Source: Alphaproteobacteria bacterium (GTDB taxonomy: Bacteria > Pseudomonadota > Alphaproteobacteria > CAAGCB01 > CAG-977). From it: 64,000 nt of DNA. Both the position numbers and the translations under genes were made by a program. How positions within the stretch are numbered: position 1 is the stretch's first letter; each line of letters opens with the position of its first letter. The notes beneath the pieces were generated by a model. It saw nothing but the letters and a program-made list of their open reading frames with translations. It was not told the DNA's origin and ran no database searches. Shown one piece after another: positions 9,751 through 19,715 of the stretch. The stretch lies in contig JAKSVU010000001.1 in assembly GCA_024413465.1 (NCBI GenBank), positions 159,820 through 223,819 on the forward strand, in the 5' to 3' direction.

Positions 9751-11196
9751 CTATCCTAATTTATTTATTCCAATTTGAATTCGGGATAAACATTCCTCCT
9801 TACCTAATAAATATGCGATTTCTATTGCTCCTGTTGGTGTACATTGCTTGCCTGTTAAAGCTGTTCTAATCGGCCACAAAAACTGACCATTTTTTAATCC
9901 TAATTTTTCAGGCATAACCATAAAAGCATCATGTATCGCTTCAATAGACGACCAATCTGTCATATTTTTAATTAAATTTTCAGCCTCTAACAATGCAGTT
10001 CTTGATATTTCTACTGTTGTTTTCATTTTTTTATGAATATACATTTCCGTATCATATTCAGGTAATATTTCAATAAAATCTATCGCCTCTGGTATTTCAT
10101 TTAAAACATTTACTCTTGGTTGAATACATTTTGCTAATGTTTCAAAATCTATATCCTTATGAATTACCTGTTTCATCCAAGGTTCTGATAATTTATAAAA
10201 TTTTTCGCAAGGTAACTCTCTAATATATACACCATTCATCCATTTTAATTTTTCTATATCAAAAATCGCTGGTGATTTATTTATTCCTTCAACATTAAAA
10301 ACTTTTTCTAATTCTTCCATAGAAAATATTTCTTGATCGTTTTTAGCACTCCATCCCAATAAAACGATATAATTCACTATTGCTTCTGGTAAATAACCTT
10401 TTTGAACCAAATCTTGGAAAGAAGCATCACCGTTTCTTTTTGACAATTTATTATGTTCATCTTTCATAATAGGTGGCAAATGAACATACGTTGGAATATC
10501 CCATCCAAAAGCTTGGTACATTAAATTATATTTAGGAGTTGATGATAAATACTCATTTCCACGTAAAACATGTGTAATGTTCATTAAATGATCATCAACG
10601 ACGTTTGCAAAATTATATGTAGGCAAACCATCTGATTTTAATAAAATTCCTTCATCTAAGGTTTTTGTTTCTACACTAACATGTCCATAAACAACATCGT
10701 CAAAAGAAACCTCTCCATCAGGATTAATTGTTTGACGAACTGTATATTTTTCACCATTGGATATTCTTTTTTTTGCCTCTTCTATTGAAATATTTTTACA
10801 TGGATCATCAAACTTAAAGGGCACACCAGTTTCTTCACATTTTTTTCTTTGATTTTCAAGTTCTTCTTCAGAACAGAAACAATAATGTGCTCCGCCTAAT
10901 TCAACTAATATATCCGCATATTTTTTATAAATAGCTTTTCTTTCAGATTGAACATATGGACCAAAATTTCCACCAATATCAGGACCTTCATCATGTTTTA
11001 ACCCAACCATTTTCATCGTTTTATAAATGATATCGACAGCCCCTTCAACATAACGTTCCTGATCTGTATCCTCAATACGTAAGATAAATTTTCCTCCTGC
11101 ACTTTTGGCAACAAGGTATTCATACAATGCTGTTCTTAAATTTCCAATATGCATATAGCCTGTTGGAGATGGAGCAAATCTACTTCTTACTTCCAT
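9751..11196 (-). CDS. gltX: Glutamyl-tRNA synthetase
   Basis: RFAPSPTGYMHIGNLRTALY (HIGH region) and KLSKR (KMSKS variant). Length is 481 aa. Confidence 0.85.
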   Translation of the reverse strand: MEVRSRFAPSPTGYMHIGNLRTALYEYLVAKSAGGKFILRIEDTDQERYVEGAVDIIYKTMKMVGLKHDEGPDIGGNFGPYVQSERKAIYKKYADILVELGGAHYCFCSEEELENQRKKCEETGVPFKFDDPCKNISIEEAKKRISNGEKYTVRQTINPDGEVSFDDVVYGHVSVETKTLDEGILLKSDGLPTYNFANVVDDHLMNITHVLRGNEYLSSTPKYNLMYQAFGWDIPTYVHLPPIMKDEHNKLSKRNGDASFQDLVQKGYLPEAIVNYIVLLGWSAKNDQEIFSMEELEKVFNVEGINKSPAIFDIEKLKWMNGVYIRELPCEKFYKLSEPWMKQVIHKDIDFETLAKCIQPRVNVLNEIPEAIDFIEILPEYDTEMYIHKKMKTTVEISRTALLEAENLIKNMTDWSSIEAIHDAFMVMPEKLGLKNGQFLWPIRTALTGKQCTPTGAIEIAYLLGKEECLSRIQIGINKLG

Positions 11197-11267
11197 AATA
11201 AAATCCTTTCAGTACAAAATATCTGTGTCAATTTCATCCGTTTATATTCAAATGTCAAGTTTTATGA

Positions 11268-14012
11268 TTATACTGAAAAAAAATCTCTAACTTTTTCTAT
11301 TGTTTCCTTAAAACTAATTTTTTCGACATTTACATCAGATGGAAATGCTGTTAACACTTCAGAAGGTACAGCTCTATCTAAAATTACAAAAATACCTCTA
11401 TCTGTAGCTTTTCTAATTAATCTTCCATATGCTTGACTCAACTTCATTCTAATGGAAATGTAGTCATATGTATTTCCATAAAGTTCTTTTCTAGCCTTAT
11501 TTAAAATATTACTTCTGTTCCATGGTACTTTATCAAAGACTATCATTTTTAATGATTCTCCAGGTACATCAATACCATCTCTAACAGCATCCGTACCTAA
11601 CAAACATGATTTTTTATCAGCTTTAAAAATATCTATTAACGTTTGAATATTTATCCTATCAATATGTTGAGAAAATAAAGATATATCATTGTCCCCCAAT
11701 GGAGATTTTATTCTTTTATAAATTTCTTTTAACCTACTAATAGCTGTAAAAATACCTAATCCACCACCTTGTGATGCTAAGAAAAGTTCTCTGTATGCAG
11801 CTGATACTTGTACTATATCATTTTTATCTATATCATTCACAATAAATACTCGACTATTCGTTTTATAGTCAAATGGAGACTTATAATCTACAGTTAATAA
11901 GTTTTGCGGTTTTTCTGTATCACAATAATGAATTATTCCGGTTCTTTTTAATGCAAAATCCCAATTTAAATTATCATCTTTTGTTTTATCTTTTAATGTT
12001 GCAGAGGTTATCAATACACCATGAGCCACTTGACTTAATAATGATGAAAATGGAATTGTTGGATCCACATAATGTCTATGATAACCGACATCAACTTCAA
12101 AACCTTCACTTCTTGTAATTTCGAACCAATCTACAAAATCCTTTGGAGTTTCTGTTTCTAATTGTCCTAACATTATTCTCCAATTTCCAAGAACATTTAA
12201 AACATTTTGTTTTATCGACTTTGAAACAGAAATATACCTCTGTTTATCTTTAGAATCGAGTTCTGCAAAGTGATCATCAACAAATTTTTCTATCAGCTTT
12301 AGAAGATAATCCACTTTTTTTTCAAGTTCTACAATCTCATAATACAATATCTGCCCTTTTTCATGAACTTTTTCATCCAAAGGTCGAGGGAAACATTCCA
12401 AAGAATAGTACATATCATTGCTTTCTGATCTTGCCAAAACTTGCCTGTATATTTCTGTCAAAAAATCCTCAAATGCCCCAGATGGTGTTCTATTTTTTAT
12501 TCTTTTTAAAGCATTAACTTGTGGTAAAAAGGAAGATTTTTCATATATGTTAAATATAACTTCAGATATTTTTTCATTTACTAAAATTAAATCTTCAAAA
12601 CGTTTTTTTAAACCTTTCATCCTCGAAATTTTTGCATCTTCTGAGCCTAATAATATTCTTCTTACCTCAAAACCTTGTAGAGTAGATAATTCAATAGAAA
12701 ATACATCATCTGCAGCTTCAAATATTTGATGTCCTTCATCAAATATATATCTTGTTGGTAATGGAACATCTTCTTTTGCATCTGCAAATTGATGCATAAT
12801 CAAAGCATGATTTTCAATAATTATTTTTGCTAATTTTGACTTTTGTAAAACTTTTTCTATAAAACATTTTTTAAAATGTGGACATTGAGAGTATAAACAT
12901 TCACCTCTTTTGTAAAATAAATTTTCTATTTTACCATTTTCAATTAAATCGACTAACCATCCTGGAAAATCTCCTCCATTCATATCTCCAGTTTTTGTTT
13001 TAGAAAGCCATCTTGCTATTAACCCTAAAAAAACAGCATCTCCTTTTGAATTTGAAATCTTACCAACAGCTTCAGCATAATTAAGCAAACAAATATAATT
13101 TTCTCGACCTTTTCTTACGACTACATTTCTTTGTTTTACTTGTGGATTATCATATACTTTGTTTAACTCTTCATCTAATTGCTTTTGCAAATTTTTTGTA
13201 TATGTACTTATAAAAATACTACCAGAATTAATATTTCCCCAAACATTAACTGGCGACAAATACCCTAATGTCTTTCCAATTCCAGTTCCTGCTTGAGCTA
13301 ACACTGTATTTGGAAAACCTTTTTCTTCTCTTGGATTAAAAATTTTAGAAACAGATTTTGCATATTCTATTTGTTCTGTTCTATTTTCTGCATTTTTTGT
13401 TTTTGATATAAATTCTTTTAAACTTTCAAGAACATCATTTTCATCTATTTGTTGAGTTCCGGAAATAGATGTGGGGACTGTTTCTTCCCACTCTGGTAAT
13501 CTTTCCCAAACAGCATATCCCTTTGGAGCAACTAATCCAATCTTATTTATATCTACACCTAATCTTTGAAGAATATCTATTCCCCACTCCCATCTAGAAT
13601 TCCTAACCATTGTTATTAACAAAGAAATAACATGATAACGTTCTGTTCCTGAAATAGTGGAAATATCATCTAATAGTTTTTTAATAACATTATAATATGT
13701 CTTTACTTCTTCCGTGATATTATTTTCGAAATCACATGATAGATTGAGAAATTCTGCAATGTGCTGGATAGCCGGAATTATAGGTTCTGCTGGTTTTACA
13801 AAGGCAAACAACTCTAAAATATCAAATACTTTATAGAATCTATAACCATCTAATTTATCCAAGATAAAAACTTTGTTACAAACAACAATAGGAACATCTT
13901 TCACATAAGAATAAACTTCTTTTGCAGATTTAAAGGAATGAAACTCACCAGATTGATCACCAATAATAAAATTATTTGATTTAAACAACAAAATAAGTGG
14001 ATATTTATTCAA
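11268..14012 (-). CDS. dinG: DinG/Rad3(XPD)-family Fe-S ATP-dependent DNA helicase, long form
   Basis: Walker A AQAGTGIGKTLGYL, DEGH box (IFDEGHQIF), and a Cys cluster CLYSQCPHFKKC typical of the Fe-S domain in this family. 914 aa with a ~220-aa N-terminal extension. Confidence 0.65.
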   Translation of the reverse strand: MNKYPLILLFKSNNFIIGDQSGEFHSFKSAKEVYSYVKDVPIVVCNKVFILDKLDGYRFYKVFDILELFAFVKPAEPIIPAIQHIAEFLNLSCDFENNITEEVKTYYNVIKKLLDDISTISGTERYHVISLLITMVRNSRWEWGIDILQRLGVDINKIGLVAPKGYAVWERLPEWEETVPTSISGTQQIDENDVLESLKEFISKTKNAENRTEQIEYAKSVSKIFNPREEKGFPNTVLAQAGTGIGKTLGYLSPVNVWGNINSGSIFISTYTKNLQKQLDEELNKVYDNPQVKQRNVVVRKGRENYICLLNYAEAVGKISNSKGDAVFLGLIARWLSKTKTGDMNGGDFPGWLVDLIENGKIENLFYKRGECLYSQCPHFKKCFIEKVLQKSKLAKIIIENHALIMHQFADAKEDVPLPTRYIFDEGHQIFEAADDVFSIELSTLQGFEVRRILLGSEDAKISRMKGLKKRFEDLILVNEKISEVIFNIYEKSSFLPQVNALKRIKNRTPSGAFEDFLTEIYRQVLARSESNDMYYSLECFPRPLDEKVHEKGQILYYEIVELEKKVDYLLKLIEKFVDDHFAELDSKDKQRYISVSKSIKQNVLNVLGNWRIMLGQLETETPKDFVDWFEITRSEGFEVDVGYHRHYVDPTIPFSSLLSQVAHGVLITSATLKDKTKDDNLNWDFALKRTGIIHYCDTEKPQNLLTVDYKSPFDYKTNSRVFIVNDIDKNDIVQVSAAYRELFLASQGGGLGIFTAISRLKEIYKRIKSPLGDNDISLFSQHIDRINIQTLIDIFKADKKSCLLGTDAVRDGIDVPGESLKMIVFDKVPWNRSNILNKARKELYGNTYDYISIRMKLSQAYGRLIRKATDRGIFVILDRAVPSEVLTAFPSDVNVEKISFKETIEKVRDFFSV

Positions 14013-14473
14013 AATCCTTCACCTTTTACATATCGAAGTCTATTTGGAAAATAACTTACTATATTTTATTTTTTTTTCAAAATTATTATCGAAACTTTAT
14101 AAAAAATTTCATCATAATTTTAACACGTTTTTTCTTCTTGCTACCTTATTAACCCTGTTTGTGATATTATTATGAAAAAAATTATATAGCCATCTTAATT
14201 TTAACAAAATTAATTCTAGATAAAAAAATCTACGATTCAGATTACCCCTCAAAAACTTTTTAATGAAATTTTTAATTATCTAAAAACTCAGTAAATTTGC
14301 AATTACTTGGTAATTTCATAGTATAAAAATGATCAAATTGATTAAATTACTTTCAATTCATGACGATATCTCTTTATTATACTGTTAATATAACAAACAT
14401 ATCATCAAAAATAGTCGTGTTTTATTTGGTTACAATTTTTACATAGTCACCTATGAAACTTGTAAATTTCCTA

Positions 14474-14508
14474 ATAAAAAAACACCCTAAATAAAGGGTG
14501 TTTTTTTC
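14474..14508. terminator. Bidirectional rho-independent terminator
   Basis: aaaaaa-acaccct-aaataa-agggtgt-ttttttt, immediately downstream of the minus-strand GGGtGRT gene. Confidence 0.55.
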
Positions 14509-14530
14509 ATGTATTGTAATTATATAAGGT

Positions 14531-15526
14531 TTACATTGCTTGAGAAACAGCAACTGCTACTGCAACACTAGCTCCAACCATTGGGTTATTACCCATACCG
14601 ATCAAGCCCATCATTTCGACGTGTGCTGGAACGGAAGAAGAACCCGCAAATTGAGCATCACCATGCATACGCCCCATTGTATCGGTCATACCATAAGAAG
14701 CAGGACCTGCTGCTACGTTATCTGGGTGCAATGTACGACCTGTACCACCACCACTAGCAACTGAGAAGTACTTCTTACCATGTTCTATAGCCCATTTCTT
14801 GTATGTACCTGCAACTGGATGTTGAAAACGTGTTGGGTTGGTTGAGTTACCTGTAATAGAAACATCAACACCTTCTTTAATCATAATAGCCACACCTTCA
14901 GAAACATCGTCTGCACCGTAGCAACGAACTTTTGCACGATCACCTTTAGAAAAAGCTTTTTCAGAAACAATTTTCAAACTACCTGTTTTATAATCATATT
15001 CTGTTTCGACAGATGTAAATCCGTTAATACGAGAAATGATATAAGCAGCATCTTTTCCCAAACCGTTTAAAATAACCTGTAAGGGTTGTTTACGTACTTT
15101 ATTAGCTGTTAAAGCAATACCAATAGCACCTTCGGCAGCAGCAAAAGATTCATGACCTGCTAAGAAGCAGAAACATTTTGTTTCTTCGCTCAACAACATA
15201 GCTGCCAAGTTTCCATGACCTAAACCAACAGCACGTTGATCAGCAACAGATCCTGGAATGCAGAATGCCTGTAAACCAACACCAATCTTTTCAGCAGCTT
15301 CAGCAGCTGATTTTACGTTTGATTTAATCGCAACTGCAGCACCTAAAGTATATGCCCAGCAAGCATTTTCAAAGCAAATCGGCTGAATATCTTTTACAAT
15401 TTTAGCAACATCAATACCTTTATCTTTACAGATTTTATCTGCTTCTTCGATATTCTTAATACCATATTTTTTGCAGCATTCATCAATCTGCGCAATACGA
15501 CGTTCATAACTTTCAAAAAGACTCAT
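14531..15526 (-). CDS. GGGtGRT-family protein (conserved protein family of unknown function)
   Basis: Contains the family-defining SGGGTGRTLHPDNV motif. Gly/Ala-rich, 331 aa. Visibly more GC-rich than its neighbours. Confidence 0.7.
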   Translation of the reverse strand: MSLFESYERRIAQIDECCKKYGIKNIEEADKICKDKGIDVAKIVKDIQPICFENACWAYTLGAAVAIKSNVKSAAEAAEKIGVGLQAFCIPGSVADQRAVGLGHGNLAAMLLSEETKCFCFLAGHESFAAAEGAIGIALTANKVRKQPLQVILNGLGKDAAYIISRINGFTSVETEYDYKTGSLKIVSEKAFSKGDRAKVRCYGADDVSEGVAIMIKEGVDVSITGNSTNPTRFQHPVAGTYKKWAIEHGKKYFSVASGGGTGRTLHPDNVAAGPASYGMTDTMGRMHGDAQFAGSSSVPAHVEMMGLIGMGNNPMVGASVAVAVAVSQAM

Positions 15527-15537
15527 TTTTGTTCTCC

Positions 15538-16242
15538 TTATTCTTTGCGCGGATCAATTACTTTTACAGCATCAGCAAAACGACCTTTTGTAGCAACGTT
15601 CTTTTCGAATGCTTCTTTAGGATCAACACCTTTTTTTATAGCTTCCATCATCTTGCCCAAGTTTACTGTCTTATAACCAATAACTTCGTTATTTTCATCT
15701 AAACCTTCAGCCAATACGTAACCTTCAGCCATTTCCAAATAACGGACGCCCTTTGGTTCTGTAGAATACATTGTACCTACTTGAGAACGTAAACCTTTAC
15801 CTAAATCTTCTAAGCCAGCACCTACTGGTAAACCATCATCAGAAAATGCTGATTGTGTTCTACCATAAACGATTTGTAAGAACAATTCACGCATAGCAAC
15901 GTTAATTGCATCACAAACTAAATCTGTATTTAAGGCTTCTAAAATCGTTTTACCTGGTAATACTTCTGCAGCCATAGCAGCTGAGTGTGTCATACCTGAG
16001 CAACCAATTGTTTCAACTAAAGCTTCACGAATTATACCTTTTTTAACATTTAATGTTAATTTGCACGTACCTTGTTGTGGTGCACAAGCGCCAACACCGT
16101 GAGTTAACCCTGAAATATCCGTTACTTCTTTTGATTTTACCCATTTACCTTCTTCAGGAATTGGGGCTGGTTCATGACGTGCACCTTTAGCAACTGTGCA
16201 CATTTCTTGAACTTCTTTTGAACATTGATAAGAACAAGTCAT
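15538..16242 (-). CDS. IscU/NifU-like Fe-S cluster scaffold-domain protein
   Basis: ETIGCSGMTHSAAMAAEVLPGKTI resembles the IscU C-terminal Cys block (GCGSAIASSS...GKTL). Adjacent to, and on the same strand as, the GGGtGRT gene (11-nt gap). Confidence 0.55.
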   Translation of the reverse strand: MTCSYQCSKEVQEMCTVAKGARHEPAPIPEEGKWVKSKEVTDISGLTHGVGACAPQQGTCKLTLNVKKGIIREALVETIGCSGMTHSAAMAAEVLPGKTILEALNTDLVCDAINVAMRELFLQIVYGRTQSAFSDDGLPVGAGLEDLGKGLRSQVGTMYSTEPKGVRYLEMAEGYVLAEGLDENNEVIGYKTVNLGKMMEAIKKGVDPKEAFEKNVATKGRFADAVKVIDPRKE

Positions 16243-16341
16243 TTAATGCTTACTCCATAAAAATTAAAAACAATTTACTTATAAACGTTTTTTTTTATTT
16301 TTACACATTTTTTTTATTTTTTTGATAAAATATTTAGAATA

Positions 16342-17097
16342 TTGGTGATGTTATGGAGACTTGAAATTATGGATAAATTTTCAAAACTTTATGAAGTGAA
16401 AAATTTTCAATGTGGAACTGACGCGAAACTTCGCTTTGGAATAATCTTTAATATACTTCAAGATATCGCTGACTTAAATGCTAATTCTTTGGGGTTCGGT
16501 TATGATTTTTGTTTACAAAATAATTTGGGATGGGTAGGTGCAAACTATCACCTTAAAATCAATGAATTTCCTAATAAAAATGAAGAATTTACTCTAACAA
16601 CCTGGATTTCTGGAACTACCCTTGTAAGTAGTATTCGTGAATTCCAAGCAAAAAACAAGCTGGGTAAAGAATTATTTAGAGCTTCTAGTCAATGGGCTTT
16701 AGTTGACTTAAGAACAAAACGTCCTGTAAAAATATCAGACAATCTTCCAAAATGTGCTCCTATTCCTGAAAAAATGATTCAAACTTCATTTCCTGCAATT
16801 GCAATTCCAGATAATTATCAACATGAATATAATTTTTTTGTAAAATATGATGAAATTGATTTATATCAACATGTTAATAATTCATTTTATCCTTTATGGG
16901 CTTCTGAAGCTGTTCCTTTTGACTTTAGAGAAAGCCATACAATTTCCGAAATTGAAATTTCATACAAAAAGCCTGCTGTATATAAAGATGAAATAAAAAT
17001 AAAAACATATTTACAAGAAAATGAATCGCTACATCTAATATGTAACAAAAATGATGAAAAAAATATTTTTTCAAAAGTCAAAATAATTTGGAAATGA
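16342..17097 (+). CDS. Acyl-ACP thioesterase (FatA/FatB-type, tandem hot-dog fold)
   Basis: Blocks FGIIFNILQDIADLNANSLG, LGWVGANYHLKI and YQHVNNSFYPLWASEAVP match the Acyl-ACP_TE family. 251 aa. Confidence 0.65.
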   Translation: MVMLWRLEIMDKFSKLYEVKNFQCGTDAKLRFGIIFNILQDIADLNANSLGFGYDFCLQNNLGWVGANYHLKINEFPNKNEEFTLTTWISGTTLVSSIREFQAKNKLGKELFRASSQWALVDLRTKRPVKISDNLPKCAPIPEKMIQTSFPAIAIPDNYQHEYNFFVKYDEIDLYQHVNNSFYPLWASEAVPFDFRESHTISEIEISYKKPAVYKDEIKIKTYLQENESLHLICNKNDEKNIFSKVKIIWK

Positions 17098-17128
17098 AAA
17101 AAGGCGGTTTAAAACCGCCTTTTTTTTA
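17097..17128. terminator. Bidirectional terminator between the thioesterase gene and hppA
   Basis: aaaaaa-ggcggttt-aaaaccgcc-tttttttt. Confidence 0.55.
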
Positions 17129-19597
17129 TTTATCTTCTTTTAAAACAGGAATTCTCATTCCATAGAAAGATTTTACAATAAAATACAATCCTATTAAGAA
17201 GAATACTCCACCAATCCACAATGCTGTATGTTCTGCTTCAACAGCAATTTCTACTGCTAACAAACCAAACAATGTTGTGAATTTGATAATTGGATTCAAT
17301 GCAACGGATGATGTATCTTTAAACGGATCACCAACTGTATCACCAACAACTGTTGCTGCATGCAAGTCTGTTCCCTTTTCATGCATATCTACTTCAACTA
17401 ATTTTTTAGCATTATCCCAAGCACCACCAGCATTAGCCATGAAGATTGCTTGATATAAGCCAAAAATAGCAATTGAAATCAAATAACTTGCAAAAAAAGT
17501 TGGATCAAAACAAGCGTAGGCTAATGTAAAACAGAACAATGCACCAAAAATATTCATCATACCGTTTTGAGCATATGTTGTACAAATACGAACAACTGCT
17601 GTAGAATCCTCAACAGAAGCTTTTTCTGCTGTAGAATCTAACTTAATGTTGTCCTTGATAAACATAACTGCTCTATAAGCCCCTGTAGTAACAGCTTGAA
17701 TACTTGCACCACAGAACCAATAAATAATTGCACCACCAGCCATAAAACCAATTAAAACTCGCGGATCTAGCAAACTCAACTGTAATTTTAACAATAATAT
17801 AATTGAAAAAATCATTGTTGTTGCTCCCATGACAGCTGTACCTATTAAAACTGGTTTAGCTGTAGCTTTAAACGTATTTCCAGCAGAATCATTTTCTTCT
17901 AAATAGTACTTACCTTTTTCAAAATCAGGTTCGAAACCGAAATCTCTTTTTATTTCTTCTTTAATATTTGGAAGAGTCTCTATCTGTGATAATTCAAAAA
18001 CAGATTGAGCATTATCTGTCACTGGACCATAACTATCAACAGCTATCGTTACTGGCCCCATACTTAGCATACCAAAAGCAACCAATCCAAATGCAAAAAC
18101 CGTTGGATAAATCATGATTTGGTTCAATCCATTTGCAGATGCAAAGTATGCAACAAGCATCAATAATGTCAATGTCATGCCTTTCCAAAAAGCACTAAAA
18201 TTACCAGCTACAATACCTGATAAAATTGATAATGATGCTCCACCTTCACGTCCAGCATTAACAACTTCACGAACGTGCTTTGAAGAAGATGATGTAAATG
18301 CCTTTGTTAACTCTGGAATTAATGCTGCAGAAAGCGTTCCACAACTAATAATTGTTGCTAACCTAAACCAAATGCAACCAAAATCCTTCAACAAAGTATA
18401 ACTTACAGCATATGTCACACAAATCGCTAAGGATGAACTCAACCAAACTAAAGTTGTTAAAGGAAGTTCAAAATTAAATTTCTTTCCCATAAAAAACTTA
18501 TATGTTTTACCGTTTATTGCATATGCTAAAACAGATGTCATGATCATTAAGATACGCATTACAAAAATCCAAACAATCAATTTTGCCTGAATTTCTTGGC
18601 CATTTGATGATAACGCTATACTTCCATCAGGACGAACAATCATTCCTACAGCCAAAATAATAAATGTAATTAATGCTACGCCTGTAACCCCATACGTTTC
18701 AAAACCATCCGCTGTTGGTCCCACAGAATCCCCTGCATTATCTCCAGTGCAATCTGCAGTAACACCTGGATTTCTTGCATCATCTTCTTTAATGTTAAAG
18801 AAAATTTTCATTAAATCAGCACCAATATCTGCGATTTTAGTAAAAATACCACCACAAATACGTAAAACAGAAGCCCCTAAAGATTCTCCAATTGCAAATC
18901 CAATAAAACAAGAACCAGCATCTTCAGCAGGAACAAACAACAAAATACTTAACATCATTACTAATTCGACACATATTAGTAATACGCCTATAGACATTCC
19001 TGACCTTAATGGAATTCTTAAAACAGGTTCTGGATTTCCTTTTAATGCTTCAAAAGCAGTTCTACAATTTGCCCAGTTATTAATTGCAATGCCAAACCAA
19101 GCAACACCGACAGATCCCATAATTCCAAGTATAGACCATAAGAATATAATCATTACTCTTGATAAATTAAAATCACGCAAGAAGTAGAAATAGTAGAATA
19201 AACAAATACCAATCAAAACTTCAAGTTTCATCAAAAGTTTTATTTGCTGAATCAAGTATGTATTACATGTTTTGTGAATAAGTATTGATGTATTTTCCAT
19301 TGAGGAATGTAATTTCATTTTTCTAATTCTATGAAATTCCCACAATCCAAAAATCATACCTAAAACACAAATAACAAGACCTATAGCTAACAAACAATTT
19401 CCAGAACATGCCATTCCAAAAACATTAAAAGACTGATTTAAATTAGGTAAAATTAAATCAGCTTCACTTGCAAACAAAGGCTTTGTAAAAAATGAAATAA
19501 TCAAAAAAAACAAAGCGTATAAACGCATATTAAAACCTCTTAAATAATATGTATACAAAACATATTCTGCTTTTTTGCAGAACATATTGTCCCGCAT
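17126..19597 (-). CDS. hppA: Membrane-bound H+-translocating pyrophosphatase
   Basis: GGIFTKIADIGADLMKI, DNAGDSVGP and DTVGDPFKDTSS are H+-PPase signatures. The ORF has ~23 extra N-terminal codons. Met24 (MRLYALFFL..., ATG near 19528) is the more likely start. Confidence 0.9.
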   Translation of the reverse strand: MRDNMFCKKAEYVLYTYYLRGFNMRLYALFFLIISFFTKPLFASEADLILPNLNQSFNVFGMACSGNCLLAIGLVICVLGMIFGLWEFHRIRKMKLHSSMENTSILIHKTCNTYLIQQIKLLMKLEVLIGICLFYYFYFLRDFNLSRVMIIFLWSILGIMGSVGVAWFGIAINNWANCRTAFEALKGNPEPVLRIPLRSGMSIGVLLICVELVMMLSILLFVPAEDAGSCFIGFAIGESLGASVLRICGGIFTKIADIGADLMKIFFNIKEDDARNPGVTADCTGDNAGDSVGPTADGFETYGVTGVALITFIILAVGMIVRPDGSIALSSNGQEIQAKLIVWIFVMRILMIMTSVLAYAINGKTYKFFMGKKFNFELPLTTLVWLSSSLAICVTYAVSYTLLKDFGCIWFRLATIISCGTLSAALIPELTKAFTSSSSKHVREVVNAGREGGASLSILSGIVAGNFSAFWKGMTLTLLMLVAYFASANGLNQIMIYPTVFAFGLVAFGMLSMGPVTIAVDSYGPVTDNAQSVFELSQIETLPNIKEEIKRDFGFEPDFEKGKYYLEENDSAGNTFKATAKPVLIGTAVMGATTMIFSIILLLKLQLSLLDPRVLIGFMAGGAIIYWFCGASIQAVTTGAYRAVMFIKDNIKLDSTAEKASVEDSTAVVRICTTYAQNGMMNIFGALFCFTLAYACFDPTFFASYLISIAIFGLYQAIFMANAGGAWDNAKKLVEVDMHEKGTDLHAATVVGDTVGDPFKDTSSVALNPIIKFTTLFGLLAVEIAVEAEHTALWIGGVFFLIGLYFIVKSFYGMRIPVLKEDK

Positions 19598-19715
19598 TTT
19601 ATCACATTTGTTTATTATTTCATCTAAAAAATGATTTAATCTCCTTCTTCCAATTTGTTTAAAAGTATGTTATTTAGAATTCAGTTTTTTTAGGATTTAA
19701 ATTTTAGGTAAAAAA

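Noticed and set aside
14531-16242. Calling the GGGtGRT/NifU-like pair a horizontally transferred island purely from its higher GC content
   Set aside because: Other conserved or highly expressed genes in the window (hppA, clpP, tig) also look GC-richer than spacers, so GC alone is not diagnostic. Only the unusual phyletic pattern supports transfer, and that needs a database check.
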